A stretch of 63,976 nucleotides of DNA, filler included, from Welwitschia mirabilis (taxonomy: Eukaryota), in assembly GCA_051453625.1 (NCBI GenBank). It is 6 parts of one record of this genome, joined end to end, with 100 filler letters (N's around TTAATTAATTAA, not from the genome) between each part and the next. Parts side by side here need not be neighbours in the genome. Positions count along the whole stretch, not along the records: positions 1 to 28,252 come from JBOZIK010000001.1; positions 28,353 to 48,948 come from JBOZIK010000001.1; 4 more parts are not named here. The stretch is one strand, 5' to 3'. The translations under genes and the position numbers were made by a program. Positions within the stretch are counted from its first letter, which is position 1. Every line of letters starts with the position of its first letter. This document shows positions 27,935-43,396 of this stretch, in pieces. The notes beneath the pieces were generated by a model. The model did not search any database. It had not been told where the DNA came from and saw only the letters and a list, made by a program, of their open reading frames with translations.

Positions 27935-30900
27935 TATAACACCCCAACCATTGCATTATATATTGCACTGGGTGTGTGCCATAGAGGTAGTAAGGATTAA
28001 TGGCAAGATCATGTCAAGCACCCTCTGTTATTCATTGGATATTTACATGTTCTTAATGAAGGTAGCCTTTTGAATTAATGTCTTACTCATAATAAATTTC
28101 TAAATTATTAAGGAGTTAATGTAGCATAATGTCTTGGGAAGTGTAACACCCCAACTTTAATTACCCTAATTAACCATTTTTTTTTTTTTGTATTCGTTAT
28201 TAACTATCATGCACAACGGAACCTAGGATCAAATCCTATTTAGACTCTATTANNNNNNNNNNNNNNNNNNNNNNNNNNNNNNNNNNNNNNNNNNNNTTAA
28301 TTAATTAANNNNNNNNNNNNNNNNNNNNNNNNNNNNNNNNNNNNNNNNNNNNAATTGATATCAAAATGTTTTACATAGTTTAGAAACCCTATTAATTAAA
28401 GCTTACAAAATGTGGGTTATAACAGGAAGAGTCACGACGTCTGCTGAAATGGATGTGCAATGCCTTTGAAATGAAAAAAGGTAATAGACCACATAATCTT
28501 TAGCATGGATTTTATGGCCTTGTCTTTAGAAAATATGCATTCATTCCTAAATTCTCTAAAGAGATCTCATCAGATCTGCATTGCAAATGGAAAATATATA
28601 ACAAAAATCTTGATTTCTTTATAGAGACAATCTACTTCACTAAGAAACATGTCACTAAAAAATGCACCACTTAGAAACATGCCCTACTTAGAAAATGCCT
28701 TGCTTACAAAATCAAAAAAGCATTGCCCTACTCAAGTAATGCCTTGCCATATTCTACATTGGTCGGGCTGTAATTTACTAGATCATTTACTTAATTAGTC
28801 CTTGCTACTTAGGAAGTTCCTCACCTTGCTTAGGAAATGCCTCACCCTCACTCTGTGTTTGACTATTTGTAATTCACTCTTGTAAATGTATGGCTGATTT
28901 CTTTCCTAAATTTTATTCTATTTCACTGAAAGCACTGTTGTGTATACGAAATTTACTCCTGTGTGTCCTAAAATATGCTTTTGTATTTTTCAAATTCACC
29001 TATTTGAGACACTCCTAAAAGGTTGAAGAAAAGAAGCTTAAGAGTTTGTGTATTTTATAATACTTAAGTGCAGTTGCATTGGTTATGGATAGTATAAGGA
29101 CATGGGAAAGGAGTACATCAGACAAAGTTTTTAGAAGGCAGAAAAATCATAAGAAAAAAGGATATTTATTTATAAATGTGTAAATAAATGAAGGGAAGTG
29201 GTCTTCCAACCCAACAGAGAGATGTGAAAAATAATAACAAAGAGGATTAATTGCATTAGATATGTTCTTGAAATACCATGAAGGCCGTTGACATTTTGAT
29301 GAACCTTTAAAAAAATAGAGTTCTGAAAGGAATGTTGAATAAGGAAAATCAGAGAGGAGATAGTGGGGCCTAACATGTTATTCAAGGAGTTATGGGAGAT
29401 ATTAATAGTAAGTCCCTTTCAGTAGCCTTTCTTATTTTGTATTGAATTAAATATTAATAAGGTACTTCAAACATGGTATTCTATAATGTTTACTGGTACA
29501 TATTGTTATTATTATAATTTTTGCTCTAAAGTATAATATCAGATTTACATACAATTGTAACATAGGTTTAGCTTCCTTAGGGTGGAACTTATATTATCAT
29601 AAAACTCCTAGTCATTAACTATCTTTATTAATTGGTATGTCACTAGTTCATTGCTTGCAACTATCTATATCCCTGTATTGAATCAGTTTTATGTGTGTAC
29701 ATCACTTATATACCATTCTCCTTATGGTATCTTCACGCTGTTTTCTCTTTTTAACTTTTTATTAAACTTTCATTTCTAAGATTATAATATTAATAAATGT
29801 TTTTAAATGAGTGGATGGAGTATCTTCATCCTGCATTATGAACCTAATAACATTTATGGGAATGGTCGAACTGGAAGAAGCAAATGAAAAAATTAGTTCT
29901 ATTCGCCTATTGCTCTATCTACTATGCTATTTTAGATATTGTATTTTTAATGGATAGATATGGAAATTTAAAGTTATAGCAAATGGATTTGTGATATACT
30001 AGTAGGAAGATTGCCCTTCATTTAATAAGAATAATGGAGGAGTAGCAAGGTGGAATATAGTAAACAGGTATATAAAGTTAATGAGATAATAAAGCAATAC
30101 GAATATAAGAAGTAAAAAAGATAGGAAAAATAAAGAAGTAAGGTGGAAAAATAAAATGTAGAAAAAAAATATAATGGGAGAATATATGTAGGCTTATATT
30201 ATAGTACATAAAGACCTAAGTAACTATTAGTATTAGTTGAATGCTAATTTTAATGGATCTAGCTATAAACAATTTCAAGTTGGGTAGGAGGAAATTATGC
30301 AAGGGTTTTAATTAGGTTATCCTAAATAGATATTTCTTACCTAGATGTTATTATTATTAAAAATTTGATTTAGTACTGGTTATAATTATCTAGTGAAATG
30401 AGTTAATGATGTATAATCTCTAAAGTCATTCTATATCACAACCTAATTCAACTCAACTAGTTTGTTCTTTTATCAATAATTGTCTACATATCAAACATAA
30501 ATAACAATGCTTATTAAAATTGTTTTCAAACATAAAAACATAATAAAGTACACAAAAACCTATAAATAAACTTCCCAATGCCTAAATTATGTAATTACTT
30601 AGCGCTGACTATAACATACTTCAATTCAAAATAAGGTGACATACATATTTTGAGGAAGACTATTGATTGCATTTGGATAGCTCTCAACAACATCTAGTAT
30701 TAATTTCATGCCAGTAATGTCTTATGTTATCTTATGATGTAAGATGGGGAATAATATCCTTGTTGAGGGATAGATGATACCACCTTAGACCCTTGATCAA
30801 AAAAAAATTATAATTTTATTATAGATGTATAAGGAAGGAGATGATTTAAAATAGTAGTTATAGCTACCATTACACTCGGATGTTCTTCTAATTAAGACTT

Positions 30901-33900
30901 TAGAGTGTGTGTATGTGTGTTTGGCATCGATTAGGTGAAAATGATTTAGGGAATATTAATAATAGAAATCATGATCTTAGAGTGGAAAATACCTTGAACC
31001 TAAATAGAATGTTTAGATAATTTAATGAATTCACTAATTTGTAATCTATGTTAGAAGTAAATATATATACATGTATGTATGGCATAATATGATTTGAATT
31101 ACTTTGTATTATTTTATTAGCACTATAAATATTTTAATGTACATATTTAGTATTATTATACTAGCATTATACAAGGAGTAGTTATGAGATTCCCTTATCA
31201 TAATGGCGTATGTTATGATTCCATGAAATTATATATGTATAGTATAAAATACAATGATGAAAGTTTAGCAAATTTTTCAAAGTTTTCTTTTAGTATTCTT
31301 AGTGCCTTCTAGGTATGTATCCTTAAATATAATTTCTTACATGTTCATGCATATGAGTTAAAAGTTTCAAGTAGTTATTTACTATCTTATGCATAAAATG
31401 ATATAATAATAGTGATTATTATATGATGCGCATTGAAATAATTAAGCATTTAATTATCCATAATTATCCTTTGATTTCTATTGAACTAAGTCTTATTGAG
31501 ACTAATGACTTAATTAGTGGAATACAAGTTATTTATTTTGGCACTTTATACATTTTATATTTATATATTAGTAGATTTAATATGTTATATTATAAAAAGA
31601 GAAATTATAAGGTACCTTGCCAAAATGATGTGTGTGTATGTGTGTATGCATATGTGTGTGTGTTAATCATATTTTTGCATGAGTTTACCATAATGACATT
31701 CTATTATAATACTTACCTCCCATTGGCTTTTACCAAGACATAATAGTGAGATATGAGGGATCTCTTATACTTGATGATAGAAGATTCCTAATGGATATTT
31801 TGACCAAGTGAGTAAGGGTTTTATCCATATATTTTATTTATATTATTATACATATGTATTATTATCATCATGCATTAGAATCCCTTAATAGGTTTGGATG
31901 TTGTAATCTCAAGAGTTCTGGATTAACTACCTCCTATACTTTACATATATCTATTATGCATATGTATGTTTAGTTTTGTTTGATATCTATTGATGTTGGT
32001 TTGAATGTTAAATTCTTGCATTACTCCTTGCATTCTTTCATGCCTAGTATTACCACATGCCACTGATATAAACCATCTTAATCTATCTTACATGCATGCA
32101 TATTCATGAACATTGGAATGAGGTCTAACATAGAACTATGTATGCTATGAACTCCTCTAGATAATAATTACATGTGTATAGTTTCTTAGCTATTGGTGTA
32201 ATCAACTTGACTACAACCTACATACTTCTTTTGTGTGCTCCTAATCAAGACATCTAATTAACCTTAAAATTCATTGTGATATTAGTAAAGTGGGCTATCA
32301 TTACATGGTTCACTTGACATGAATCCTGTGGGTAACCAAGAGGTAAGTCTCTCAGTTGTAAGCTAATTATTCCATTACAATGTTTAATCTCATCATGTAA
32401 ATTGTTCCATTGCAATGGTTAATTAATGTAAATGTAGTGTAATATAGTTATTTAAAAAAATTAATGCCTTTTATGTCCAACCTGAAAATAAGGTCGTGAC
32501 ATGAATGAACGAAAAACTCAATTTTTAAAATGAGAAGATCATGCTTTTAGCCTTTTCAAAAATAAATGTATGCTAAAGATAATAATTGAACTTAGGGAAA
32601 CAAAATCAGATATAAATAATTCAAGTTAAAGCTTAAGGAAATCTCTTAGGTCAAATTAAATATATAGTGGAAGCACATGAGTATCGAATCAATGGAATAC
32701 TTGACATGGACTCATATGGCAACATTAATATTGCCTTATCAGATTATCACTTTACATGATAAAAAAGCTATTTCTTTTACATGATATATCAATAATTATA
32801 ACACATGACTTCTAAGTATCAGAAAGACTACATGTGTAAAAAGGTCAATTCATGAGATGTAAAAAAGAAAATACAATAAAATCAAAAGAAATAATCTTTA
32901 AAAACATTCACTATGATTTTTAAGATCATTTATAACTCATACAAATAAGTAATAGAATTTAAATAGTTAAATTTACCAAAGTTATTTTTATACAAGAAAA
33001 AATAACTTTCCTTGAAACATTCATTACTTGAAATTGTATCATATGGATGTGATTAAGTGAATAAAATGTCTCACTTCATTCTATATAAAATGTACAATGA
33101 CTTAGAATCAAAAGATAATACTTGAAAAGTTAGATTCATTAAACCAACATTATAAACCGTTTGATTTAAATAAGATCTTCACTAAATTTCGATACATTTG
33201 ACTTGAAAGATAATTCCTTACTTATCATGAAATGAATTATAAAAGCAATAAAGCATCTAAAGTAGGTTCTAAATTAGTACGTAATGGATAAAAACTACCA
33301 TAGGAATTTTCATTAAATTAAAGTAACACTTAGTCAATTTCAAGTTATTTTGACTGATAGAAAATGGAAAATTAAAGGGGTAGAGAGAGAGAAGGGAGAA
33401 GGAAAATTTAGAATAATAGACTTGTAAATTTTTAGAACTTTAGAAATACTTAAAAAATGTTATCAAACAAGTTTCTAGTACCTAATATTCAAGATTAAGT
33501 AGAATCAATTGAAAATGATATAAATAGTTCATCTTAAAAAAAATCAAAAATTATAGTCAATCCTATTTTGACTATGAATATTAAGCAAATCATAAAACTT
33601 GAAAAAATATGAATTGCATATTTTAAATGTAACAAAAAAAAATAGTACAAGATAGGATCTTGAATTTATAAAAAAACATTCATATGATAGAGAAACACAT
33701 TAGGCAAAATCAAGAAAATTAAGATTTCATGGTTCTAAATGTTTTTAAGTAAAACTATACCTTTGACTATAAATGGTTAAAAAAGTGGTTTTAAAGGCTA
33801 AATTTGCGTTTTGAACAATTGAAGATAAATATTTTAAAATATTAGAGGAAGTTACAGATAAAATTGTAGAACCATTGGAGTTGCAAAAAAAGTGTTATGG

Positions 33901-35083
33901 TCAAAACAAGCATTGTAATTTACTAGTTCTGCCTTGATTTTGAGAAGAGAAGAAACAAGAGAGAATAATTCATTAAAATAAAATTTTTTATGTCAAATAA
34001 ATGTATATTACATATTTATACAGTATTATAGTATTATTGGAAAGGATAAAATGGAAATTCATCATCATTCACCTTAGACGAAAGGTGCAACCATGAGAAA
34101 ATGTACGAGGAAAATGAGAAGAATGGAGGAAAGAAGAGGAAAGAGGAATTAAACATATGATTCCTTTACAATAAAATAGCCAACAATGAAAAATTATAGT
34201 ATGCTATGATAGGTACTAAACATATAACAATATAATTAGCACTAATTATGTAACATGCTATAAGAATTCTAACTAAATTAAAAGAAAAGCATGATAAAAA
34301 TGCCTAAATAAAGTGATCAAAAGCATGAAAATATAAGTGAAAGAATACTTATTAGTTTCAAATGAAGTCATAGTCCTTTATATTATTCTTCAATCTAATT
34401 ACTTACAAGATTTAATGCCTTATCCTCCTCCTACACTGCCTAATCATGTACACCTCACCACCCTTCCAAGGCCTTCTAGATGGATGAAAATAGGAGGAAA
34501 GATGATTAAAAATGGGATGTAAAAATATATGTATGTGATATAAAAAAATGTAAATGAAGAATTTAGAAGGCTTAAAAAGGTGATAGAGAACAAAAATCAA
34601 CTTGAAAGTAAATAAATGTAAGAGATTTGAAGTAGAGAATCTCCTTCCAATACTTGCAAATGACTTGAATCATCTTGAGATAGCATAAATTGCGTATATG
34701 AACATTTATATTTAAGCTTTAACATTAAGGGGGATATTTATAGATGCAATCAAATCAGTTTTAGGCTAAGGAGATACCAAAACCATCCAATTTTTGCATG
34801 TGATTTATGCTTAATTAGGCAAAATTATGAAATGGGATTGCAACATCATTTTACTAATAGAAATGGCGCTGCAGTATCATAGGAAGTTTAAAAAATAAAT
34901 ACCTAAACTTCTAAATGGTAAAATAACTCAATTTTATCTCTTATAACTTGAATTTCATGAAATCATCAAATTTGACTAAAAAATGTTTAGAAACATGTAG
35001 GTTATAGCTTCTGGAATGCAAATTTCTAAGTACTGATGTTCTAAAAGTCTCTAATGTTATTCGATGTCATGTATTAAGTGTCA
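27935..35083. mobile_element. Nested block of degenerate LTR-derived sequence with Tekay/chromovirus-like termini separating the Athila gag from its pol
   Basis: LTR-like termini tataacacccc (27935), tgtaacacccc (28142), gtgggttataaca (~28424), ggtcgtgaca (~32501), aagtgtcaca (~35083). No coding domains recognised; internal boundaries unresolved and a scaffold join lies inside. Confidence 0.4.
28253..28352. other. Artificial scaffold spacer N44-TTAATTAATTAA-N44
   Basis: Identical 100-nt construct also at 48949-49048, 55002-55101, 60415-60514 and 62734-62833. Confidence 0.95.
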
Positions 35084-35399
35084 CAATGAGTTAGAATCAT
35101 TGCATTAGTAATTGGATTAGATATGATGAAAAAGGAACTATGAATCATCTATAAAACTGTTAGGTTGAAGTAGCCCTCCATACTTTACATTTTCACCCTC
35201 GATCTCAGTCTCCTGATTACTGACATCATGAATAGCCTTAAACTTGATCATAATGCATCACTTAAGCTTATTGAGTGTCCAATGTTTCTATCACTTGAAA
35301 AAGGCAAAGATACCTCTAGATGTAGCATTATAGTTTAAAAAGTAATGCAAAATAATGACTATTTATAACTTACTTCATTAAAATTTGAGCTTCATCATG

Positions 35400-38300
35400 T
35401 ATAAAGAAAATTTCTTATATTTAAAGATGAATAAACCTTGGAACTTTTTAAAAAATATTTTAAGAGTTTAAAGAATTAGGTGAAACCAATTAAACCTTCT
35501 AAATCACATCATACTATTAAGAAAACTAGCATCTTAGGCTTCTTAATAATACTGAGGTTAACAATAGATTAGATGAGATTTCTAGAAAAAATGAATTACT
35601 TAGAATATTTTATAAATCTATTACATTTTAAACTAGTTGTTTCATTTCCTATGTAGATACTCATGAAACCTTAGAATTCTTATCATTCATATGTTTCAGG
35701 ATGTAGTAAAGGGGTAAGTGGCTGTTGTAGAACAATAATGGAAAACTCAGAGAGAAAACAATCCTTACTCTAACATCTATAACTGTGGATGGAGAAATCA
35801 TTTCAACTCTTAAGATAAATAAGATGATTACAATCAAGCCTTAACAAGTTAATTTAAAAATTAATATCTCTCATCTTCTAATAATTGTCTTTCATCTTCA
35901 AGTAATAAACACTCTTTGTCATACTCTTTTGAAGATATTCTTAAGAGATTCATAGAAGCACAAACATATATCAATACTAATAAATAATAATGTCACCATT
36001 AAACCTATCTTATATTACAAAAACTTGAGTAAAACATTCAATAGTTGAGTCAACCTAGCATTTACATCCTCTTTTTAATCAACCAATGCAAGAACAATGA
36101 GCTTCTAGCATCTCTTGAATCTAATCCTGATAGCTTTAAGATGATTGATGGGGTATATACATACATTAGAGAAACCAATGTCATACACTTGAGGAGTAGA
36201 AAATATATTAACTAGAACCTAGAGAAAAATCAAATACATAAGGATGAACTACCTAGCAATCCTAGTGAGTATGAAAAAGTTGAGAAAGAATAAGAAATTT
36301 AAGCCTCATCCTACAAAGAATATTTTTCTTTCACATGATAGTTTTACACTAACTAGAAAATAAACAAGAAGAATTTATTAAGACTTTTAAAGAAGTTAAG
36401 ATCAACATGACTCTTTTAGAAGCTATTAAGTTTGTCCTTTCCTACATCAAATTTCTTAAGGACTTATGCATGGATAGGGGGTAAATAAATGTGAAAAGTA
36501 AAGCCCTTTTAGCATAATAAACTAGTCTCATCATTTAAAACCAAATTTCTCCAAAGTATAAATATCTATAATGCCTAACTATAGCAATTACTATTGGAGA
36601 TAAATACATTAAGTAAGCCTTGTTAGATCTAGAAGCTAATGTTAAACGTTTGCCTTACTGCACCTATAGGGAACTTGTATTAGATGGTCTTAAGATGACT
36701 AGAATAAAATTATATCTAGTAGTCAACTCCTTAAGATCACCTTTAGGGGTAGTAAAATACTACATATTTTAAATGGCTAATTTCTAATTTCCTATAGACT
36801 TTGTAGTTTTAGAGATGAAGGAAAAATTCAATCACATAGTTCATGTAATCTTAAGTATACCTCATCTTGCAATTTCCATTGTCTTGGTCAACTATAGGAA
36901 TGGTTTCTTAAAAATATCTTCTGAAAATGTGACTATTGAATTAAGCATCTTTAATACTTTAAAACAACATTCAAGTGATGAGGGTTTATAACTTCTTGAA
37001 ATGATAGAAAGTGAATCTTTTAATCTTGAATCATCTTCTCACACACAAAATGTTTTCAATTTATCTTTATATCTTAAGAATGTTTCAAGCATTAACGTAG
37101 ACAACAAGCCTTTAAGTGAGTTGAAACCACTTTTTAATGATCTTAAGTATGACTTTTTAGGTAATAATCCAATTTTTTTAAATGGTTATTAGCTCATTCT
37201 TATCTTCATACCAAGAGAATGCTTTATAAAATTTAATCAGGAAGTACAAGCAAGACATATTTTAAACCCTTTTAAATATGAGAGGCACATATCTTAGTAT
37301 TCACATACATCACATCTACCTTAAGAATAATACCAAACCAATTATTCAGTCCCAAAGAAAAATTAATCTAACTGTGAAGGAGGTAGTTAAAAATGAGATT
37401 ATCAAGATTTTATAGCATAATCTATCTAATTTATAATAGCAAATGGGTTAGTTTAATATAATATATAGCTAAGAAATATAGAGTTATTTTAATGCTTAGT
37501 AAACATAGTTAGCTTATTCCTATGAGGTCTACCATGAAATGGAGAATGTGCATTGATTATAGGAAACTTAATTCTCTAACTAGAAAAGAACATCTTTGAC
37601 TTTTATTCTCTAATAAAATTCTTAAGCAACTTGCTGAACATTCTTTTTATTGCTTTTCAGATGGATATTTAATCTATAATTGAATATAAGTTTCTCCTAA
37701 GAATTAAGAGAAAACTACTTTCAGCTATTCTTATGGAGCTCTTTCATATAAACACATGCCATTTAATCTTTCTAATTCTCCTACGACTTTTTAAATTATA
37801 TGTTTGATATTTTATTTGTTCCATTACAATCTTATGTGAAGATATTCATGGATGAATTTTCTATTTATGAGAAATATTTTAATCCTTATCTTTATAATGT
37901 TGATCTTGTTCTATTGAGGTGCATTAAAAAAAAAAATTCATGTCTTGAATTGGAAAAAGTGCCATTTCATTTTTAACAAAGAAATTGTTTTATGATACAT
38001 TACTTTTAAGGAAGAAATTAAAGTAGATCCTACTAAAATTTTAGAAATTACTCATCTTCCTACTCCAAAAAAGTGAAAAACATTATATCTTTTCTTGGAC
38101 ATGTAGAATATTATAGGAAGTTTATTCAAAACTTTAGCAAAATCTAAAGACCCTTTGTAATAGTCTTAGCAAGGATGATTTTTTGGAGTAAACACACAAA
38201 TGCCAACTAGCCTTTGATAGGCTTAAAAAAAAAACTAAATGTAGCACTAATGATTCAACCACCCAATTAAAAACTACCCTTTGAAATCATGTGTAATGCT

Positions 38301-39990
38301 AGTGATCTTGTTAGATGTAGTTTTAGGAAAAAGAGTTAACAAAAATCTAATTATTATCCATTATGCTTATAAAACCTTAAATAATAACTAATTCAACTAC
38401 ACTACTAAAGAAAAGGAACTTCATGTATTATATTTTTCTTTACATAAGTTGAGGCAATATATTTTTGATGCTAAGGTAATAGTTTGAATACATTATTTAG
38501 CCCTTAGATATATTTTTGTAGAGAAGGATCTGTAGCTAGGATTGATTAGATAGATCCTACTCTTGTAAGATTGTGACTTGGAAGTTAGAGATAAGAAAGC
38601 TTTTGATAATATAGTTGTTGATCAACTTTCAAGAATTTCTCAAAATGTTTTACAAAACTTTAATTCTATTAATGATTCTTTTTCTGATGAAATTTATTTT
38701 CCATCTTAGAAACTCCTTGGTATGTTGATATTGCTAATAATTTGGTCTCTAAAACTAGGCATTCTCATTAGACTCCTAATGATAAAATGAAATTTTTGAT
38801 TCTAGTAAAATATTTCTTTTGGAATAATCCTTATTTTTTCAAATATTATACTAACCAAATCATTAGAAAATGCATCTATCAATCTAAAATTCACAAAGTT
38901 CATAAGATTATCATTATGAGGCTTATGATGGTTAGTTTTATACCAATAAAACTATCACAAATATTCTTTAGAGTGGACTCTATTAACTTTATATCTTTAA
39001 AGACTCTTGTTAATATTTCAAATGTAAGAACTGCCACAAACTTGGAAGTTTTAATAAGAAAAAACTATGATGTCATTAAATCGTATCCTTCTTATAGAGC
39101 CATTTAATATAGGGAAAATTTACTTTTAAGGACCTTATCCTCCTTCTAGTGGATAAAACTACATCTTAATTTGTGTTGATTATCTTACTAAATAGGTAAA
39201 ATCCTATGGTTAGAGAAAAAATGTTGCTTATATTATAAAGAAATTCTTTAAGGAACACATTCTATCTAGATTCTATTGTCTAAGAATTTTGATTAGTGAT
39301 GAATGAATCTTAATTTTTTAATAGGATATTGAACAAGATTCTTGTAAAATATTTGTTTACTCATATAATTGATGCTCCTTACTATTTTCAAGCTAAGAGA
39401 AAAGTTGAAATTACGAATAGGAAGATCAAGAAAATTTTGTAAAACACGGTAATTTCAACTAGGAAATATTGGTCTTACAAATTGAACAATATTATAGGAT
39501 TATAAGATAACATACAAAACTACATTAGGAATGTTAACCTTTAGGTTTATTTATGGCAAATATAATCATCTTTTTATGGAGCTTGAACATAAAGCTTATT
39601 AAGCCATTAAACATATGAATTTAGATCTTGATATGGTACAAAAACATTGAGAAATCCAACTTAATAAATTAGAGAATCTCTAAAATGATGTATATGAAAA
39701 CACATTAAAGTGTACGAGAACATAAAATTCAACAAGGATAAAATAAAAATGTTTTATGACCAACACATTCATAGGAAAAATTTTCATAAAGGAGATTTGA
39801 TCTCATTATATAAAACTATATTGCATTTGTTTCTTGAAAAGTTAGTATTAAGATGATTAAGTTCATATACAGTAAAACAAGTGCCACATAATGATGTCTT
39901 TCTACCAATTCAATGCCAATGATCATCGCCTTAAGTTTTTATACCCACTCCTTTCATCTTCTTATGAGTTCATGAGATTCAATGATCCTA
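35400..39990 (+). mobile_element. Degenerate Athila-like Ty3/gypsy pol (PR-RT-RH-INT)
   Basis: AIKFVLSYIKFLKDLC (~36422), protease ALLDLEANV (36617), RT WRMCIDYRKLNSLTRKEH (37540), KIFMDEF (~37840), RH PFEIMCNASD (~38277), NYTTKEKEL, INT ~39100-39600, NDHRLK (~39918). No chromodomain or aRH seen. Confidence 0.85.
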
Positions 39991-42139
39991 GTTAATGGAC
40001 TTTTTTAAATAAATAAATAATAAAGTGATCTTTGTCATTTTAAAGTTTTGATAGATATTTTAAAAATTCTTGCTTTTCAAGGAAATCTTTATCTTTTAAT
40101 TCTTCACTAAACTTCACAATCATGTAATCTTTCTAATATAGTAAATCTCAAGGGAAAAAGAGGTGCTTTTTCTACTTTCATATTGTGACTTTTCTCAAAG
40201 CATTTCAATGGGATGAGATCACTTTTCAATTAGGATAATAAGCTAATGATCCTTTTATGCTTATGAAAGCTCCTATAACAATTCTTAGGTGTAAATTACT
40301 TTTAAATCATTATTATTTTTTTAGTTAACTAGATTAAGGCTATGGATTCCTACTAGTAATATAGCTCTTTAGTGATTAATTTGTGATACATTTAATTACA
40401 TCAAAGCTGTAGATACCTTCTAGTAATACAACAATGACTTATTCATAAAAAATATGTTAAACTTATTAAAATAAGGTGCCATAATACTAAATGCTCAATA
40501 TAATTAAATTCTTGATATAGTTACTCATGAATGTAAAAACAAAAATTAAAAACAAATTAAGGTGGAATTGGAAAGGTTATTTGATATGCTTAATTTAGAA
40601 AAATATAATTCAAGACTTTTTCTACTACTTTTGGATTTTGTAAAATTTTCTTATCCAGAATTTGTTTCATTTTGGAAATAGATCCTTCAAAATGAAATAC
40701 AAATTAAGAAACTAGATGATGAGCTTGAGTTTTATAAGTCTCATTTATTCATAGGATGCATGGTAGATTTGTTATTTTCATTTCATACACTCCATTTCTT
40801 CATCATATAATCATTTCAAGTCATAACATCCATATCTTTCTCTATGAGAAATTACACTTGTATTTATTCCATTATGACCTCTTATTCATGTATAGTAATA
40901 AACTAGATTTAACTAGGTGAGAATATAGTATCATTCTTTCACAAGGATATATATGTGATAACTTTATAAAAGAAACATAATTAATTTAACCTTGCAATAA
41001 AACCCAAAGAATAGAAAATTAGAAGTTGATATTTAAAGTGATCTTTGATTGATGTCATAAGGGAATGAAATTGCTCTAATAATATAGCTACTTCATCAAA
41101 TGCTCCACCTTTACTTTGATGAATCTTGTATTCTTGAAACATAACTAAATGTCATTAAGTTATTAAGGCTTAGGTGCAAAGGCATAATCAAGTCTACTAC
41201 ATGAGTGTTACTGAGTTATTCAGTCACTTTAATTCTTCATAGCCCTTTATAAGCATGGAAAGTATAAATGATTGTGTATAAGATCCATTAAATAATAGTA
41301 ACTACAATATCATAGAAGTAAGCTCAAGAAACTCACTTAGTATCAAAAGAACTTGATAATAAAATAGTTTTACCTAAAAATTACTAATACCAAATTACTA
41401 TGAATTAATAATAAAAGACTAAAAACTATTTAAGAACTAGTTCTACTTAATGATTGCTAATACCAAATCAATTTTGTATTAACAATAAAAGAATAAAAGC
41501 AATTCTTATATTAAAAATTAAAATATACATTACATTAAAGAAGAGAGATGAAGTATGTGGACTTCTCAACTACCTTTGAAATAATCATCCCCAAGGAAGG
41601 TGATTAGAATGCCATGATATCCTAGTTCTTCAAGTCTTACAACCATGTTAGTGAATTAAAAAATACATTAAAATGGGGGCTTAAGGCCCTTTTATAGATG
41701 AGGAAAGGCTTGATGAGATTTTTCATAATTGTGTTAAGTGGGCGGTTACATAAGGGCTTATTAGGGTAATTACTTAAGGGTGAAGCTACAATTTTTATCT
41801 TGTATCCTTGCTAGGGAATTCCTTTGTCTTCATATGAAAGAGAGGTAATGATATATCCCTTGATTAATGATGAAGCTGCAAACAAACACCATGTCATGTG
41901 TCTTTAACGTAGTCATCCTCATTACTGCCACATGTTACTGTCATATGTTGTTTTATACTTTCACAATGTGTCATTGAAGTTTAAGGCTTATTCTAGATTA
42001 ACTTCTCACTTAGCCCAAAAGTGTATTGTGATGAACTTCCTAAAAGGATGTAGGAAAATGAGTTTTAGTTAACTCTAACTTAGATGAATAGTGGCATTAG
42101 TGGCCTTGGATGGCAATGCAGGAATTTGTTAAGGTGTGA

Positions 42140-42911
42140 CTCATGTGATGAATCTTATATTTATTCTAATTAATCTTTGATATTAAGTACTTAAAATTCT
42201 TTAATAAAATACACATGAAAAAATACTAGTATGTGGAAATCAACCTATTTGTTGTACTATAGAGAGGAATTATGAAAAAGGAAATTAGCAGATTACTATA
42301 AATGATTTAAATTTCTAATATAACTTTTAGAATTAAAATGCAATGCAATAGATGAAATGAAAAAATTAATGTAATGTGCAAAAAATGTAGTGCAATCTAA
42401 ATGCTAATTTTAATCAGGTGAACCAACTTGTTGTCATCCAAGTTGGTCCTCATAACCTATAGATACTTGTCATTTAATTTTAATAACATAAGCTATAGGA
42501 AAGATAAAAAGAATATTTTAAAAAGAACAAATCAACCAATATTGTATTAATTAAAATGTTCAACATATAGTTATAAAGTAATAACTCCTTAATGAAGGAG
42601 ACACAACCTAATACTAAGGAAATCCATTTTCTGTAATGGTTACAAAGTAATAGCTTCTTAATGAAGGAGATATAGTCTAACACCAAGAAAATCCCTTCTC
42701 TATAACTAATGGATGAATTCCTTACTCAGTCACTTGTTAAACATCACAAGAATAATTTATGCAAATAGGATGAGTTAATGGAGGACTTGAGGGGGTATTT
42801 ATAGTGTTTACAATAACTATTCGGATCATTGAAGAGTCATAATAGATCAAAGCTATTATATTAATGATTACATAAATGATGGAGTTTGTTTTGTGTTCTT
42901 CATATCTTCTA
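42140..42911 (-). mobile_element. Athila-type LTR family B, partial (runs into gap)
   Basis: Collinear with ~43420-44170; shares gagacac.acctaacaccaagg and ggtatttatag blocks with family A. Confidence 0.7.
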
Positions 42912-43374
42912 NNNNNNNNNNNNNNNNNNNNNNNNNNNNNNNNNNNNNNNNNNNNNNNNNNNNNNNNNNNNNNNNNNNNNNNNNNNNNNNNNNNNNNNNN
43001 NNNNNNNNNNNGAAAAAAATAAACATAAATATGAAAACTTAGAAAAAGTTAAAAAATATATAAAGAAATTAAGAACTTATAGAAATTAAAAAGTGAAAGT
43101 AAAAATTAGAAAACTAATTGAAACCTAAACGACTGTAAGAAAATAAAACTAACAATAACGTAGAAAAGAAAAATTACAAAAAATACAAATTTACAAAAAT
43201 CTAAAAAATTAAAGAAATTGAAATAGCAATCTAACTTAAGAAAGTAAAAATGCAAACTTATATTATAAAAAGTAAAAAAAAAAAATCGTATATGTGCACT
43301 ACACATGTAAATAACTTAAAATCAAATTAGTTACCTATGTAATGAGATTGAACTTTATAGCTTTATTGAACTTT

Positions 43375-43392
43375 TCCCCAACAACAGTACCA
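43375..43392 (-). other. Primer binding site, tRNA-Asp type
   Basis: Minus strand TGGTACTGTTGTTGGGGA, 5 transitions from TGGCGCCGTTGCCGGGGA. Confidence 0.7.
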
Positions 43393-43396
43393 ATTC

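Noticed and set aside
28639..28848. Degenerate ~16-bp cttagaaaatgcc repeats
   Set aside because: Irregular minisatellite within TE-derived DNA with no sign of function.
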